In this document: in pieces, positions 1-10,917 of the stretch
Layout: each line of letters opens with the position of its first letter
Numbering within the stretch: position 1 is the first letter of the stretch
NCBI GenBank assembly: GCA_000004695.1
Contig: CM000155.2
Location: 2,368,001-2,432,000 of the forward strand
Direction: 5' to 3'
Source: Dictyostelium discoideum
Lineage: Eukaryota
DNA: 64,000 nt
Notes under the pieces: model-generated
The model's database searches: none
Told to the model about the DNA's origin: nothing
The model's input: only the letters and a program-made list of their open reading frames with translations
Translations under genes and position numbers: made by a program

Positions 1-2667
1 GAAAAGTTTGAATCATTTCCAATGGATGAAAATAATGAACAAGAGGAGGAAACAACTAGTAAAAAGAAAAAGAAGACTGGTGGTTTCCAATCGATGGATT
101 TAACAAAGAATTTATTGAAAGCAATTTTAAAGAAGGGTTTTAATGTACCAACACCAATTCAACGTAAATCAATTCCAATGATTTTGGATGGTCATGATAT
201 TGTTGGTATGGCAAGAACTGGTTCTGGTAAAACTGGTGCATTTGTAATTCCAATGATTCAAAAGTTGGGTGACCATTCAACAACCGTTGGTGTTAGAGCA
301 GTTATTCTTTCACCAACTCGTGAGTTGGCAATTCAAACATTCAAAGTTGTTAAAGACTTTTCACAAGGCACTCAATTACGTACCATTTTAATCGTTGGTG
401 GTGATAGTATGGAAGATCAATTCACAGATTTGGCTCGTAATCCTGATATTATCATTGCCACACCAGGTCGTTTAATGCATCATCTCTTAGAGACTGGTAT
501 GTCATTATCAAAGGTACAATACATTGTTTTCGATGAAGCTGATCGTTTATTTGAAATGGGTTTCAATGAACAACTCACAGAAATTCTATCAAAACTTAGT
601 GAAAATCGTCAAACACTTTTATTCTCTGCAACTTTACCATCACTATTGGTAGATTTCGTTAGAGCTGGTTTAAATAATCCAAAATTGATAAATTTAGATA
701 CAGATACTAAAATTAGTGAAAACCTTTCATTATCTTTCTTTACTTTACGTCATGAAGAAAAATTAGGTGTTTTATTATTCCTCTTAAAAGATATAATTTA
801 TAAAAAACCACAATTACCAACAACAGAAACAACAACAACAACAACAACAAATAATGAATCAAATCAACAACAACAAAAGAAATCATCAACAATTATATTT
901 GTATCAACAAAATATCATGTCGAATTTATTCATATTTTATTAGAACGTGCTGGTATTGCATCGACTTATATTCATGGTTATTTGGATCCAGTTGCAAGAA
1001 AGATTAATTTAGCAAAGTTTCGTTCACATCAAGTTGGTGTTATGGTTGTAACAGATTTAGCAGCACGTGGTATTGATATTCCATTATTGGATAATGTTAT
1101 CAATTTCGATTTTCCACCAAAAGAAAAGATTTTCATTCATAGGGTTGGTCGTGTTGCTAGAGCTGGAAGATCAGGTATTGCCTATTCATTGGTATCACCT
1201 GATGAGGTTCCCTATATGATTGATTTACATCTTTATTTGGGTAGAAAGTTTTTAAATAAATTCCAATATGAAGGTCAAACAATCAATGATCCAAAATACT
1301 CTTTCTATGGTACAATTCCACAAACAATCATTGATCGTGAAACTGAATTTGTAAATGTTCAACGTAAAGAATGTATAGAGTTACTTAGTCTCACCAAAAC
1401 AATTCACAATGCTCACAAGAAATATTTATCAACTCGTCCTGGTGCCTCTCATGAATCAAATAGACGTGCCAAGCTAATGGATAAATCAAAATATCATCCA
1501 ATGTTAAGTGATCATTTGAATTCAAACGATCAAATTAGAAATGATTTCATTCAATCTTTGAAATCATTTAGACCACCACAAACCGTTTTGGAATTGGATG
1601 CTAGAAAAAATAATGTTCAAGTTTCAATCATGAAAGATAAAAGAAAAGTTCATACAAACGTTATCGAATCTCAACAAAAGAAATTATATCTTCAACAATC
1701 TGAAACAAATTTAGGTCCTGAAAATGAAGAATTTGATTATTCAAAATTAGATACAAGAAAAAGATTATTACAATTAACTGAAAATATTACTGAAGAAATG
1801 TTAAGAAGTAATAAATCAAATGATAATAATGATAATAATAAAGATATTAAAATGAATGAAAATGATGATGAAAATGATGATGATGATGAAGAAGGTGAAA
1901 ATGATGATGATGAAGAAGAGGAAAATGAAAAAGATGAGGATGATGAAGAAGATGAAAATAAAAATAAATTTAATATTAAAATTGAATCATCAGATAAAAA
2001 TGATAATAATAAAAAGAAATTAAAATCAAGATCATCATCAAGAGATCCAAATTTCTTTATTTCAGCAACACCAGAAAATTTAATTCAAGAGAGAGCAATG
2101 TCAATTTCAAATAGATTCACTAAAGATGATGAAGTTAATTTAGTAGCCGATACTGATAGAAAACAAAAGAAATCAATGGTTTGGGATAAGAGAAAAGGTA
2201 AATTCGTTAGTAGTCAAGCCGATGCTGATAGAAAGAATTCAAAGAAATTGGTTCGTAATGAAGCTGGTAAATTGGTTGAAGCTAAAAAGAGTCATAAAGG
2301 TTACGAAGAATGGAAAAAGAAAACTCATGGTAGAATTCAAAGAGTTGGTGAAGATGAAAACTCTAAATATCAACCAAATCAAAAAGAATATCTTCCACAA
2401 AAATGGAGAGGACAAGGTAGAGAGAAAGAAAAGAAAGATAATAAAGCTTCCCATGCTAAAGGTTCTCATGGACTTAAAGGTAGACCAAGTGAACTTAAAG
2501 ATAAAAATCAAATTTCAAAGAATCGTTCAGAGAAAGAGAGAAAGATGAGAGTAAACAAAACAAAAGGTAATCCAAAAGGTTCAAAATCTAAATCAGGCGG
2601 TGGTGGTGGTGGTAAAGGTTCCAAATTTGGTTCTGGAAAATCAAAAGGTGGAAAAAGTCGTAAATAA
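1..2667 (+). CDS. ddx54: ATP-dependent DEAD-box RNA helicase, DDX54/Dbp10 family. The true 5' end is probably upstream of the window.
   Basis: ORF 22..2667. The frame is open from nt 1 (EKFESFP-MDENN...), so the first codons or exon may lie off-window. Motifs seen: GGFQSM (DDX54-type), Q-motif PTPIQ, Walker A GSGKTGAF, PTRELA, DEAD (FDEADRLFEMGF), SAT, HRVGRVARAGRSG. The C-terminus has a Dbp10-CT-like WDKRKGKFV and a basic G/K tail. Confidence 0.8.
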   Translation, partial: EKFESFPMDENNEQEEETTSKKKKKTGGFQSMDLTKNLLKAILKKGFNVPTPIQRKSIPMILDGHDIVGMARTGSGKTGAFVIPMIQKLGDHSTTVGVRAVILSPTRELAIQTFKVVKDFSQGTQLRTILIVGGDSMEDQFTDLARNPDIIIATPGRLMHHLLETGMSLSKVQYIVFDEADRLFEMGFNEQLTEILSKLSENRQTLLFSATLPSLLVDFVRAGLNNPKLINLDTDTKISENLSLSFFTLRHEEKLGVLLFLLKDIIYKKPQLPTTETTTTTTTNNESNQQQQKKSSTIIFVSTKYHVEFIHILLERAGIASTYIHGYLDPVARKINLAKFRSHQVGVMVVTDLAARGIDIPLLDNVINFDFPPKEKIFIHRVGRVARAGRSGIAYSLVSPDEVPYMIDLHLYLGRKFLNKFQYEGQTINDPKYSFYGTIPQTIIDRETEFVNVQRKECIELLSLTKTIHNAHKKYLSTRPGASHESNRRAKLMDKSKYHPMLSDHLNSNDQIRNDFIQSLKSFRPPQTVLELDARKNNVQVSIMKDKRKVHTNVIESQQKKLYLQQSETNLGPENEEFDYSKLDTRKRLLQLTENITEEMLRSNKSNDNNDNNKDIKMNENDDENDDDDEEGENDDDEEEENEKDEDDEEDENKNKFNIKIESSDKNDNNKKKLKSRSSSRDPNFFISATPENLIQERAMSISNRFTKDDEVNLVADTDRKQKKSMVWDKRKGKFVSSQADADRKNSKKLVRNEAGKLVEAKKSHKGYEEWKKKTHGRIQRVGEDENSKYQPNQKEYLPQKWRGQGREKEKKDNKASHAKGSHGLKGRPSELKDKNQISKNRSEKERKMRVNKTKGNPKGSKSKSGGGGGGKGSKFGSGKSKGGKSRK

Positions 2668-3824
2668 TTTAATTCCAAAAAAAAAAAAAAAAAATCAAAG
2701 GGATGTCAAAACCACTCAAAAATACAATTAGTTTTGCAAACCAAAAAATAAAAAATAAAAAAAAAATCTTAAAAATAATTTCTATGGAATTTCATAATGG
2801 TAATCAGAAATGATTCTTTTTAATATTAGTATTTTGTTTTTTTTTTTAATTATTTTTGCTGAGTTCGATAATGCGATATTTGTTGCTTCTCCTTGAGATA
2901 CTTACTTACAACAAAGAAACTTCACTCTACATCAATAACCAACTATCAAAACCCTTCGTCTCCAAAAGAGTTACTAAAAACTAAGTGAGAGTCCTCATTG
3001 CTTACAAATTTTTAATTTTACCATTTTAATAATAACCATATTATCATTTGATCTGTATTGAATTCCCCTCAATGCTATCAATTCGAAAAATTACTTTTAC
3101 TAAAAAAAATTTTTAAAAAAAGAGGGGTAGTTTGTATGAGCAATTGTTTTTGTCCTTCCCCAAGCTTTACCCTTTTTTTCAAAAAAAGAGTAAAGTGGCC
3201 CTCGTACTTCATAAATTTATTATTTTAACATCTTGATAATAACGATATAAATCATTTTATTGGCCTTGAATTCTTCTATTTATTTTTTTCGACACTCAAC
3301 TCATTATAACCCACTAATAGGGGACAGCAAAATCTTCAACCACTTGGACATATCAATAACATCCAACACAATTGTCATTTTATATAAATAAAAATGAAGA
3401 AAAAGAACAAATTCAATCACGAGAAAGTAACCATCCAAATCCATAAAAAACAAAAATAAATTAACTGAAAAAGTCCAAGCAGCCATATGGTTTAAAACGA
3501 GATTCTGACAACAAAAACTAATCAGAATTAGTACCTGAACAATTTGACCAAGATTTGTTTATCCCCTCAATTCCAGACCAGAAAGTAATTTTAAAATCTT
3601 TTTACTTTCCAAACCATCACTGTTGTTGGTTTAAATACTTGGATGGATTTACCAATCTTACTCTTTTTTAGTTATTTTTATTATATTTACCAAAAAAAAA
3701 AAAAAAAAATTCTTTAATTGTAAGGAATAGGTTTTATTAGTTCTTTTTAATCTCTAGAAAAAAAAAAAAAAAAAAAAAAACAAAAATAAATAAAAAAATT
3801 TTAAAATGAATTAAATAAATTTAT

Positions 3825-4750
3825 TTATCTTAATTCTGGATGATTTTTAAAGTCAGATGAAAGGGATTGACCACGAGCAATACCTTGGATTAAGAAATTC
3901 ATATCAACAATTTTAGTGACGAGACGGCTGCCAATGGTGAAAAGTGAACTATCTCTCCAAGTGAGTCTACCAACACTACGAATTAAAATGTCAGCAACTG
4001 AATCTGGTGTATCTGAAATTGCATGGAAGAATTTGAAGAATGAAAGTTTTGGTTGATTATCATAAAAGTTTGTTTGGATTGGTCCACTTTGTAAACTGAT
4101 AACATCAATACTATTTTTGTTTTTTAAAAAAAAATTATTAGTAATTTGAAATAATATTTTTATTATAATTATTATTTTTATTATTACATACCCATAATTA
4201 TAACATTCGATTGCTAATGAAGCAGCAAATGATTGTAAGAAAGCTTTACCACCACCATAACTGCTACAACTTGGAGCTGGGAAGAAAGCAGATTGACTTG
4301 AAGTAAAAGTAACACAACCCTTTAATCCCTTTTCAACCATATTTGATACAATGTAATGAGTGAGTTTAACATGTGACATCATATTGCATTCTAAGTTGAC
4401 TAATTGTTTTTCTAAAGTTGAACGGAAGAATGCTGATAATTGGATGTAACCTGCATTGTTGATTAAAATTTGAACATCGATATCTTTGATAGCTGCTTTA
4501 ATGATTGGCATGTAATCATATTCATGATCAGCTCTACCTAAATTAACACCAACCTTTCTAAATTCAACCTTTGGGAATTGTTTTTTTAATGATTCAAATG
4601 CACCTTGTAAAGTTTCATCATCAAGTGCAACTAAAACAACATTTAAACCTTGTGCAGCTTTATAATTTTAAAAAAATTAAAAAAAATTTTGTTAATATCT
4701 TTTTTTTTTATTTTAAATAAATAAATAAATAAATAAATAAAAAATAATAA

Positions 4751-4806
<56 letters not shown>

Positions 4807-5052
4807 AAATAAATAATAATAAAAAGAAAAAACAATTTTTTTAAAAAAAAAAAAAAACATACCTAATTTTGTGGCAACGGCTCTACCAATGCCAGATGAG
4901 GCACCTGAAACTAAAGCCCATTTAGCATTATACTTTTGTTTTAAGTTTTGATCCTCAAATTTGAAAGCAGCTAAAATAACTGGAACAAGATAACTGAAAA
5001 TACAAATGAAACCAGCTAAAAAGATTGACCAATAAATTAAAGATAAAAACAT
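3825..5052 (-). CDS. Short-chain dehydrogenase/reductase (SDR; 17beta-HSD / 3-ketoacyl reductase-like) with an N-terminal membrane anchor. Three exons.
   Basis: Exons: complement(join(3825..4110,4192..4666,4863..5052)), total 951 nt = 316 aa. Intron 1 is 4667..4862 (GTATGT...AAAG) and is mostly an (AAAT)n microsatellite. Intron 2 is 4111..4191 (GTATGT...ATAG). Motifs: Rossmann LVSGASSGIGRAVATKLAAQG, catalytic S...YGGGK (YxxxK), and an SDR PG-motif SLQSGPIQT. The ORF-track 'M' at 5073 is a GTG codon; the first real ATG is at 5052. Confidence 0.7.
4719..4812. repeat. (AAAT/AAATAAATA)n microsatellite that makes up most of SDR intron 1.
   Basis: Read directly. Confidence 0.9.
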
Positions 5053-5075
5053 TTTATACTTTGTTGAAATCACAG

Positions 5076-5109
<34 letters not shown>

Positions 5110-5447
5110 GAGCACTGACGAAAATATAAAAAAAAAAAAAAAAATAAAAAAAAATTGAAAAAAATCAATTAAGATATTTTAATTATGATTGATTATTTTA
5201 AATCCATTGCTAATAAAAAAAATAAAAAAAAAAAAATTAAAAAAATCAATAAAAATTATCTTTGTTAAGATTTAATCCTTTGTTATAAAAATAAAAATGA
5301 AAATAAAAACAAAAAAAAAAATTAAAAATAAAAAAAAAAATAAAAAAAAATAAAAATAACATTAAAAACATTTTTTCGTTCGTTTTTTTTTTTTTTTTTT
5401 AATTTTTATAAAAATTCCTGAACAAAACCAATAAAAAAAAAAAAAAA

Positions 5448-7541
5448 ATGAATAAATATAAAAATAAATATAATACTGATAATAAATTTAATAATAGTAA
5501 ATATATTAAAAATAATCAAGTTGAATTAAGTAAACAGGAATTAGAGGATGAAGAAATTTTAAAAATAAATGATGATGAATTTAATGAAGGATTAAATAAA
5601 CAAGCTCTATTTCAACAAGATGATTATGTATATAAATTTAAAAAACAACAAAAAGAAGAAAAAATAGGTGGTGATGAAAAAACACAAATAGATAATGAAA
5701 AACCTGAAGATTTTAATATAACCTTAAAATCAATAGATTTTAAATCAATTAATTTACCTTCTTTTAAAAAAAGATTCTTACAATCATCAACAATTAAAGA
5801 TATTGATTCATTTGAATTTATAAATTCAACTACAGAATTTATAATTGAAAATAAAAGTGATGACGATAATTATTATGATGATGATGATGATGATGAAGGT
5901 GACAAAAATAAAGAAAAAGAAAAAGAAAAAGAAAAAGAAAAAGAAAAAGAAAAAGAAAAAGAAAAAGAAAAAGAAAAAGAAAAAGAAAAAGAAAAAGAAA
6001 AAGAAAAAAATAAAGAAATTGAAAATAAAACATATCCAAATAATTGTAAAATACCAATTGCAAATACAGGAGAAAGTGAATGTTTACCAAATACATTAAA
6101 ATTATTTTTTAAGAAAACTCAATTTCCAACACCAACTTTATTTCAACAATATGCATGGCCAGCAATTTTAACAGGTCATGATATTATTGGTACAAGTTTA
6201 CCAGGATCAGGTAAAACATTGGGTTATTTAGCACCAATGATACCACATTGTTTAGCAAGAGTTGATAGAGGCGGAAAGAATAAAATAACAGGGGAAAAAG
6301 CACCAAAACAATATACAGGTATTTTAGTATTGGTATTAGTACCAACAAGAGAATTAGGTTTACAGGTTCATAGTAATACATTGATAATCACTCAACTATT
6401 TGGAATTAAAACATCGGTTATATATGGTGGTATTTCTAAAAACCTTCAGATTGAACAATTGGAAAAAGAAAAACCACAAATTTTAATATCAACACCGGGT
6501 CGTTTAATTGAGATGATAGAGAATGGTCATGTTGATCTTTCAAGTGTTACAATGTTAGTACTGGATGAGGCTGATAAAATGCTTTCCAAAGGTTTAATAC
6601 CACAACTTAAACAAATTCGTGGTCAAATTAGACCCGATTCACAAAATATATTATTTAGTGCCACTTTTCCAGATTCATTAAAAGAGGTTTCAAAAGATTG
6701 GATTAAAGATCCATCGATTCGTTTAAGAATTGGTTCTTCAGAATTACCAAAACTAAATCATATTCAACAAGATGCTCAATTAATTGCCCACCATAAAAAA
6801 CCACGTGCACTCATTAAACTATTAAGTGAGCCACAATTTAAAGAAAAGAAGAAAACAATTGTATTCTTTAATAAAATTAAAGAGCTAAAGAGAATTTCGA
6901 TCATGTTATTAAAATCAAATATTAAACATGATACAATCTTTGGTAATATTGATCAAGAGTTGAGAGAGAAACTCATTAATAAATTCTCAAGTTCACGATC
7001 AACTCTATTACTCTCAACCGATATCATTGGTCGTGGTATTCATATCGATGATATTTTCAATATTATAAATTATGATTTTCCAAGATCTCTAGAACAATAT
7101 TGTCATAGAGTTGGCCGTGCTGGTAGATCCGATAAAGTTGTAAATCCAAAAGCATTTAGTTTCCTCACAAACAGTGATTCTTATTTGGTTGAACCTTTTG
7201 TTCAATTCCTAAAAGATCAACATCAAAATATCTCCATTCCATTCTTAAAGCTATGTAATGAAAACTTTGGTACAAAATTCGAATTCACACTTTCAAAAAG
7301 AAAACAAAAGAAATTGGCTCAAAAAGATGACGTTGAAAAAGATGATGAAGCTTACTTGGCAAAATATGAAAAATTAATTAAAAAAGATAGAAAAAAAGAT
7401 AGTGATGATGAATGTAAAAAATTTAAATCATTTAAAAGAAAAAATATTGATAGTGATAGTGATAATGATAGTGACAGTAATAGTGATAATGGTAAAGAAA
7501 CAAAGAGTAAAGATAAAAATAAAAAATTTAAAAAATATTAA
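5448..7541 (+). CDS. DEAD-box ATP-dependent RNA helicase, family unassigned, with an internal (KE)18 low-complexity tract.
   Basis: Single 697-aa ORF with a real ATG. Motifs: Q-motif FPTPTLFQQYAWP, Walker A GTSLPGSGKTLGYL, PTRELGLQ, DEAD (LVLDEADKML), SAT, HRVGRAGRSD. An (AAAGAA)18 repeat at 5917..6007 encodes the KE tract. The C-terminus is acidic/basic and Ser-rich. Confidence 0.8.
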   Translation: MNKYKNKYNTDNKFNNSKYIKNNQVELSKQELEDEEILKINDDEFNEGLNKQALFQQDDYVYKFKKQQKEEKIGGDEKTQIDNEKPEDFNITLKSIDFKSINLPSFKKRFLQSSTIKDIDSFEFINSTTEFIIENKSDDDNYYDDDDDDEGDKNKEKEKEKEKEKEKEKEKEKEKEKEKEKEKEKEKNKEIENKTYPNNCKIPIANTGESECLPNTLKLFFKKTQFPTPTLFQQYAWPAILTGHDIIGTSLPGSGKTLGYLAPMIPHCLARVDRGGKNKITGEKAPKQYTGILVLVLVPTRELGLQVHSNTLIITQLFGIKTSVIYGGISKNLQIEQLEKEKPQILISTPGRLIEMIENGHVDLSSVTMLVLDEADKMLSKGLIPQLKQIRGQIRPDSQNILFSATFPDSLKEVSKDWIKDPSIRLRIGSSELPKLNHIQQDAQLIAHHKKPRALIKLLSEPQFKEKKKTIVFFNKIKELKRISIMLLKSNIKHDTIFGNIDQELREKLINKFSSSRSTLLLSTDIIGRGIHIDDIFNIINYDFPRSLEQYCHRVGRAGRSDKVVNPKAFSFLTNSDSYLVEPFVQFLKDQHQNISIPFLKLCNENFGTKFEFTLSKRKQKKLAQKDDVEKDDEAYLAKYEKLIKKDRKKDSDDECKKFKSFKRKNIDSDSDNDSDSNSDNGKETKSKDKNKKFKKY
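5917..6007 (+). repeat. Perfect (AAAGAA)18 hexanucleotide repeat inside the helicase CDS, encoding (KE)18.
   Basis: Read directly: 'aaagaaaaagaaaaagaa...'. Confidence 0.95.
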
Positions 7542-7924
7542 ACTTAAATAAAAAAATAAAGATTGCAATCTATTTAGTAGATATACGATTTTTTTTTTTT
7601 TTTTTTTTTCTTGGCTTTCATGAGAAACCAAGAAATAGTTTTATTTGAAATAAAAAAAAAAAAATAAAAAAATGGTCCTTATTTTTTTTTTTTTTTTTTG
7701 GTTAAACAAAGTGGTTGGAAAAGTAAAAAAATCTTTTATTTCGAATTTTTGAGAAAAGTGTTCTAAAAAAAAAAGTTTTTTTCTTTTTTTTTTAAGTTAT
7801 TTTCTTTTTTTTTTTTTTTTTTTTTTTCTTTTTTTTTTTTATTTTTATAAATTTTTTTTTTTTATTTTTTTTTTTCTTTTTTCTCCATTTAAAATTTCTT
7901 TAATCTTTGTAAATATATATAAAA

Positions 7925-8414
7925 ATGGGTTTAGAACAAGATAAGCAACCATTAATGGGACAACAACCAGTTTACCAAGGTTACCAACAACAACCACAAT
8001 ATGCTTACCCACAACAACCAGTTTATGCTCAACAACCAGTTTATGCTCAACAACCAGTTTATGCAACTACTGTAACTACATCTGACCATCATCATCATCA
8101 TCATCATGATGGAGGATATACTGGAGCTTTGATTTTCTTTATTTGTGGCTTCTTCATCTCGTAATTGATTTACTTATTTATTAAATTTATATATATATAT
8201 ATTGGTTTTTTTTTTTATTCTTTATACTAATTATTTTAAACTTTCTTTTTATTTTTTTTTTTTATTTTTTTCATTTAGATTACTTTGGTTAGGTGGTTTC
8301 TATTATATTAGATCTCACAACAGAACTGCTAGATCTTTAGGTATCGCCTCAGTCGTTTTATTCTTTGTCATGTTAGTTATTGTTATCATCGTTTTAGCTT
8401 CAGGTGCAAATTAA
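7925..8414 (+). CDS. Small two-exon membrane protein, 123 aa, with an N-terminal Q/P/Y-rich repeat (QQPVYA x3) and a His7 tract, followed by two predicted TM helices.
   Basis: Exons: join(7925..8160,8279..8414), 372 nt. Donor is ATCTC|GTAATT and acceptor is tcatttAG|A. The joined frame reads ...DHHHHHHHDGGYTGALIFFICGFFIS-LLWLGGFYYIRSHNRTARSLGIASVVLFFVMLVIVIIVLASGAN*. The two track ORFs (7925..8164 and 8202..8414) are the two exons. Confidence 0.55.
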
Positions 8415-8601
8415 ATATAAAATCAAATTCTTATTGAAAAAAAAAAAATAAAAACAAAATAAAAAATAAAATAAAAATCTTAAGATTTTCTGTAAATAAA
8501 TTTTATTTGTTTTCTGACACCACGCTTTAGGTTTTTTTTCACTTTTTTTTTTTTTTTCTTGACATTTTCTGAAATTTTTTTTTTTAAAAATTTTGTGTTT
8601 G

Positions 8602-8646
<45 letters not shown>

Positions 8647-8673
8647 ACCACCAATGCCATAAAGAAAAAAAAA

Positions 8674-10860
8674 ATGGATGGATTATATAATAAGATTTTC
8701 AAAAATAAATATTTAAAGAATATAATCTTTTCAAACATTAAAGAATATAATAAAGAACAAAGATATATTAGATATAATTATTATGATTTCCCATTTGAAT
8801 TAATATTGAAAACAAAGAATCAACAATTATTAATTGAAAAATTAAATGATTATAAATTTTATTTTATTGAAAATCAAAATATTAATATGGATACATTCAA
8901 ATATTTTATAAATTTTAATGAATCATGTTTAGAACAGTTATATATTTGGGATGAATTACCATTTGAATTATTTGAACTAGTTTTTAAAATATTTGGAAAT
9001 GAAATAAATGAAATTAATAATAAATCTCAAATAAATAGTGGAGGAAGGTATTATTATGCTGAAAATCATTTTCAAATATTTGGAAAATTATTTTACAAGC
9101 ATTTAATTAAAAGCTGTAATTCTGATAAATTCAAATTTCTAATTAATAACAATCATTTTAATATAAAGAATATTGATTTACACTCATTAAAATTATTATT
9201 TCAAGAAATTACTATTACTGATTCAAATAAAGAAGAAAAACATAATGAAATCAATAAAAGAAAAGAAATGTTTGAATTTATTTTTAATGAAATTAATATT
9301 TCATTTTGTCAATTAGCACAATATTTAAACTCTTTAATAGCGAGTAAAAATTTATCAGAAATATACGGGCCATTCATTATTGATCATTTTCCAAAACATG
9401 AAATTATTCCAAACTCATTCAAAGATTGTATGTTATCAATTTTTGAACACCAAAATTTATTTATTTTTAAAGAGATTTTAAATAAATATAAATATATTGA
9501 ACAAAGAATAGATATTTTACAATCACCAGCAGAGTTGGTAACTATTTTTGGTATTAAAATTGAAAAATGTGTAATTGAAGCAATGGAAATTCCAATCAAA
9601 TGTTTATTTGAAAGTTTTAATGTTGAAATTACCAAAACTCTATGGGAGGATTTAAAATTTTCTGGTATAGCTTTATTTAGCCTTAGATCATTGGTAATAA
9701 TCAATGATCCAAATGTTGCATTATACTTTAATGAAAAATTAAAAGGAGACATTTCATTAAAAAAGATATCATTGGTATGTGATTATAGGTTAAGAAAGAT
9801 GGGTATGAGAGATCAGGTTCGCTTTGAAACAACTCATAATAACAAATCTGACTATAATTATCTTAATGACAATGTTTCAAAAGAGATAATTCAAGACCTA
9901 CCAATTTATTTGTATAATCCAAATGAATTTTTAAATTGTATAATTAAAAAAGGATGTATAGAAACTTTTAAAGAATACTTTAAAAAGTTTCCAAGACATT
10001 ATAATATTGAACATGTTAAAAATATATCCCTCCTCATGAGAGATACAGATTTTTTTGGTTTTTTATTAGATATTATTAAATTTGGTGAACCACCAGAAAT
10101 GAATCAAGTAAATTTACCATTATATCATCAAAGTTTTTTAAAAGTGCTATTGGAATTTTCAATTGAAAATGATATAGGCAAACTATTTGATTCAGTTTCA
10201 TATCGTTTAACTTCACTTTTATCAAACAATCCAAAGCAAGGAAAATCATTTATAAGTAGTATTTCAGAATGGGTAGTTTCCAATCCAACACTTGCTAGAA
10301 GATGGCTAAATAATTCCACCTTAAAATTTTATTATCAAGAGACGGTTTCAGAAAAGGTAAACCAGATTTTATCAAGTCCAAAATTCGTAGTTGCTCCAAA
10401 TTCTATAATTGATTCAATTGAATCAAAATTTTTAATTGGTGAACTTTTAAACACTGATTTCCAAATAAAGACACTCAAAACAACTGAACTTCAAAAAAGA
10501 ATCATTTATTGTGCAATTAAAAATGAAATCGTCCTTACAAACTCCCATACTCTCTCCTATGATTTCTCAAAAATAAATAGAATGAAAAGTTTGTATTTCA
10601 AAATATTTTGCTTTTTTTATCCTTACTATGATTCACTAGAGGCTGAACATGGTAAAGGATTTATACTTTATAAAATTATAATCAAACTTCTCAAATGTAA
10701 AATTCTATCATTAGAAAACTTTGATTCAAAATTATTTTTAAAAACACCTCGCTTGGAAAAAGATATAAAAAACTTTATTTCAAAAATTAATAATTATGAA
10801 AATGGTCAAAATATTATAACTTTTAGTGATAATTTTAAGAATTTAAATTTTGAAATATAA
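8674..10860 (+). CDS. Hypothetical protein, 728 aa, N/K/I-rich, with no recognisable domain.
   Basis: Long uninterrupted ORF (track 8593..10860). The upstream part of the track ORF is translated poly-T, and the first real ATG is at 8674 (MDGLYNKIF...). Codon usage is typical of Dictyostelium coding sequence. Confidence 0.55.
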   Translation: MDGLYNKIFKNKYLKNIIFSNIKEYNKEQRYIRYNYYDFPFELILKTKNQQLLIEKLNDYKFYFIENQNINMDTFKYFINFNESCLEQLYIWDELPFELFELVFKIFGNEINEINNKSQINSGGRYYYAENHFQIFGKLFYKHLIKSCNSDKFKFLINNNHFNIKNIDLHSLKLLFQEITITDSNKEEKHNEINKRKEMFEFIFNEINISFCQLAQYLNSLIASKNLSEIYGPFIIDHFPKHEIIPNSFKDCMLSIFEHQNLFIFKEILNKYKYIEQRIDILQSPAELVTIFGIKIEKCVIEAMEIPIKCLFESFNVEITKTLWEDLKFSGIALFSLRSLVIINDPNVALYFNEKLKGDISLKKISLVCDYRLRKMGMRDQVRFETTHNNKSDYNYLNDNVSKEIIQDLPIYLYNPNEFLNCIIKKGCIETFKEYFKKFPRHYNIEHVKNISLLMRDTDFFGFLLDIIKFGEPPEMNQVNLPLYHQSFLKVLLEFSIENDIGKLFDSVSYRLTSLLSNNPKQGKSFISSISEWVVSNPTLARRWLNNSTLKFYYQETVSEKVNQILSSPKFVVAPNSIIDSIESKFLIGELLNTDFQIKTLKTTELQKRIIYCAIKNEIVLTNSHTLSYDFSKINRMKSLYFKIFCFFYPYYDSLEAEHGKGFILYKIIIKLLKCKILSLENFDSKLFLKTPRLEKDIKNFISKINNYENGQNIITFSDNFKNLNFEI

Positions 10861-10882
10861 AATATTAATAATAATAAATAAT

Positions 10883-10917
<35 letters not shown>

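Noticed and set aside
5073-5073. Several ORF-track 'M' starts are not ATG: 5073 (GTG), 12136 (TTG), 28569 (TTG), 42475 (GTG), 57486 (GTG).
   Set aside because: The track evidently uses bacterial alternative start codons. I did not treat these as real N-termini in a eukaryote, and I used them only as frame markers for exon reconstruction.
7845-8066. Antisense or low-complexity track ORFs. Examples: 7845..8066(-) HKLVVE repeats, 5839..6096 (both strands, from the KE repeat), 37705..37914(-) poly-Y, 39031..39258(+), 39991..40251(+), 45703..45936(-), 46027..46335(-), 14663..14896(-) and 15413..15802(-). There are also many poly-F/K/L ORFs in intergenic A/T runs (16138..16657, 16800..17209, 33555..34069, 47098..48003, 55652..55978 and others).
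   Set aside because: They are mirror images of real coding repeats on the opposite strand, or translations of homopolymeric or AT-rich spacer, with no coding-like composition.
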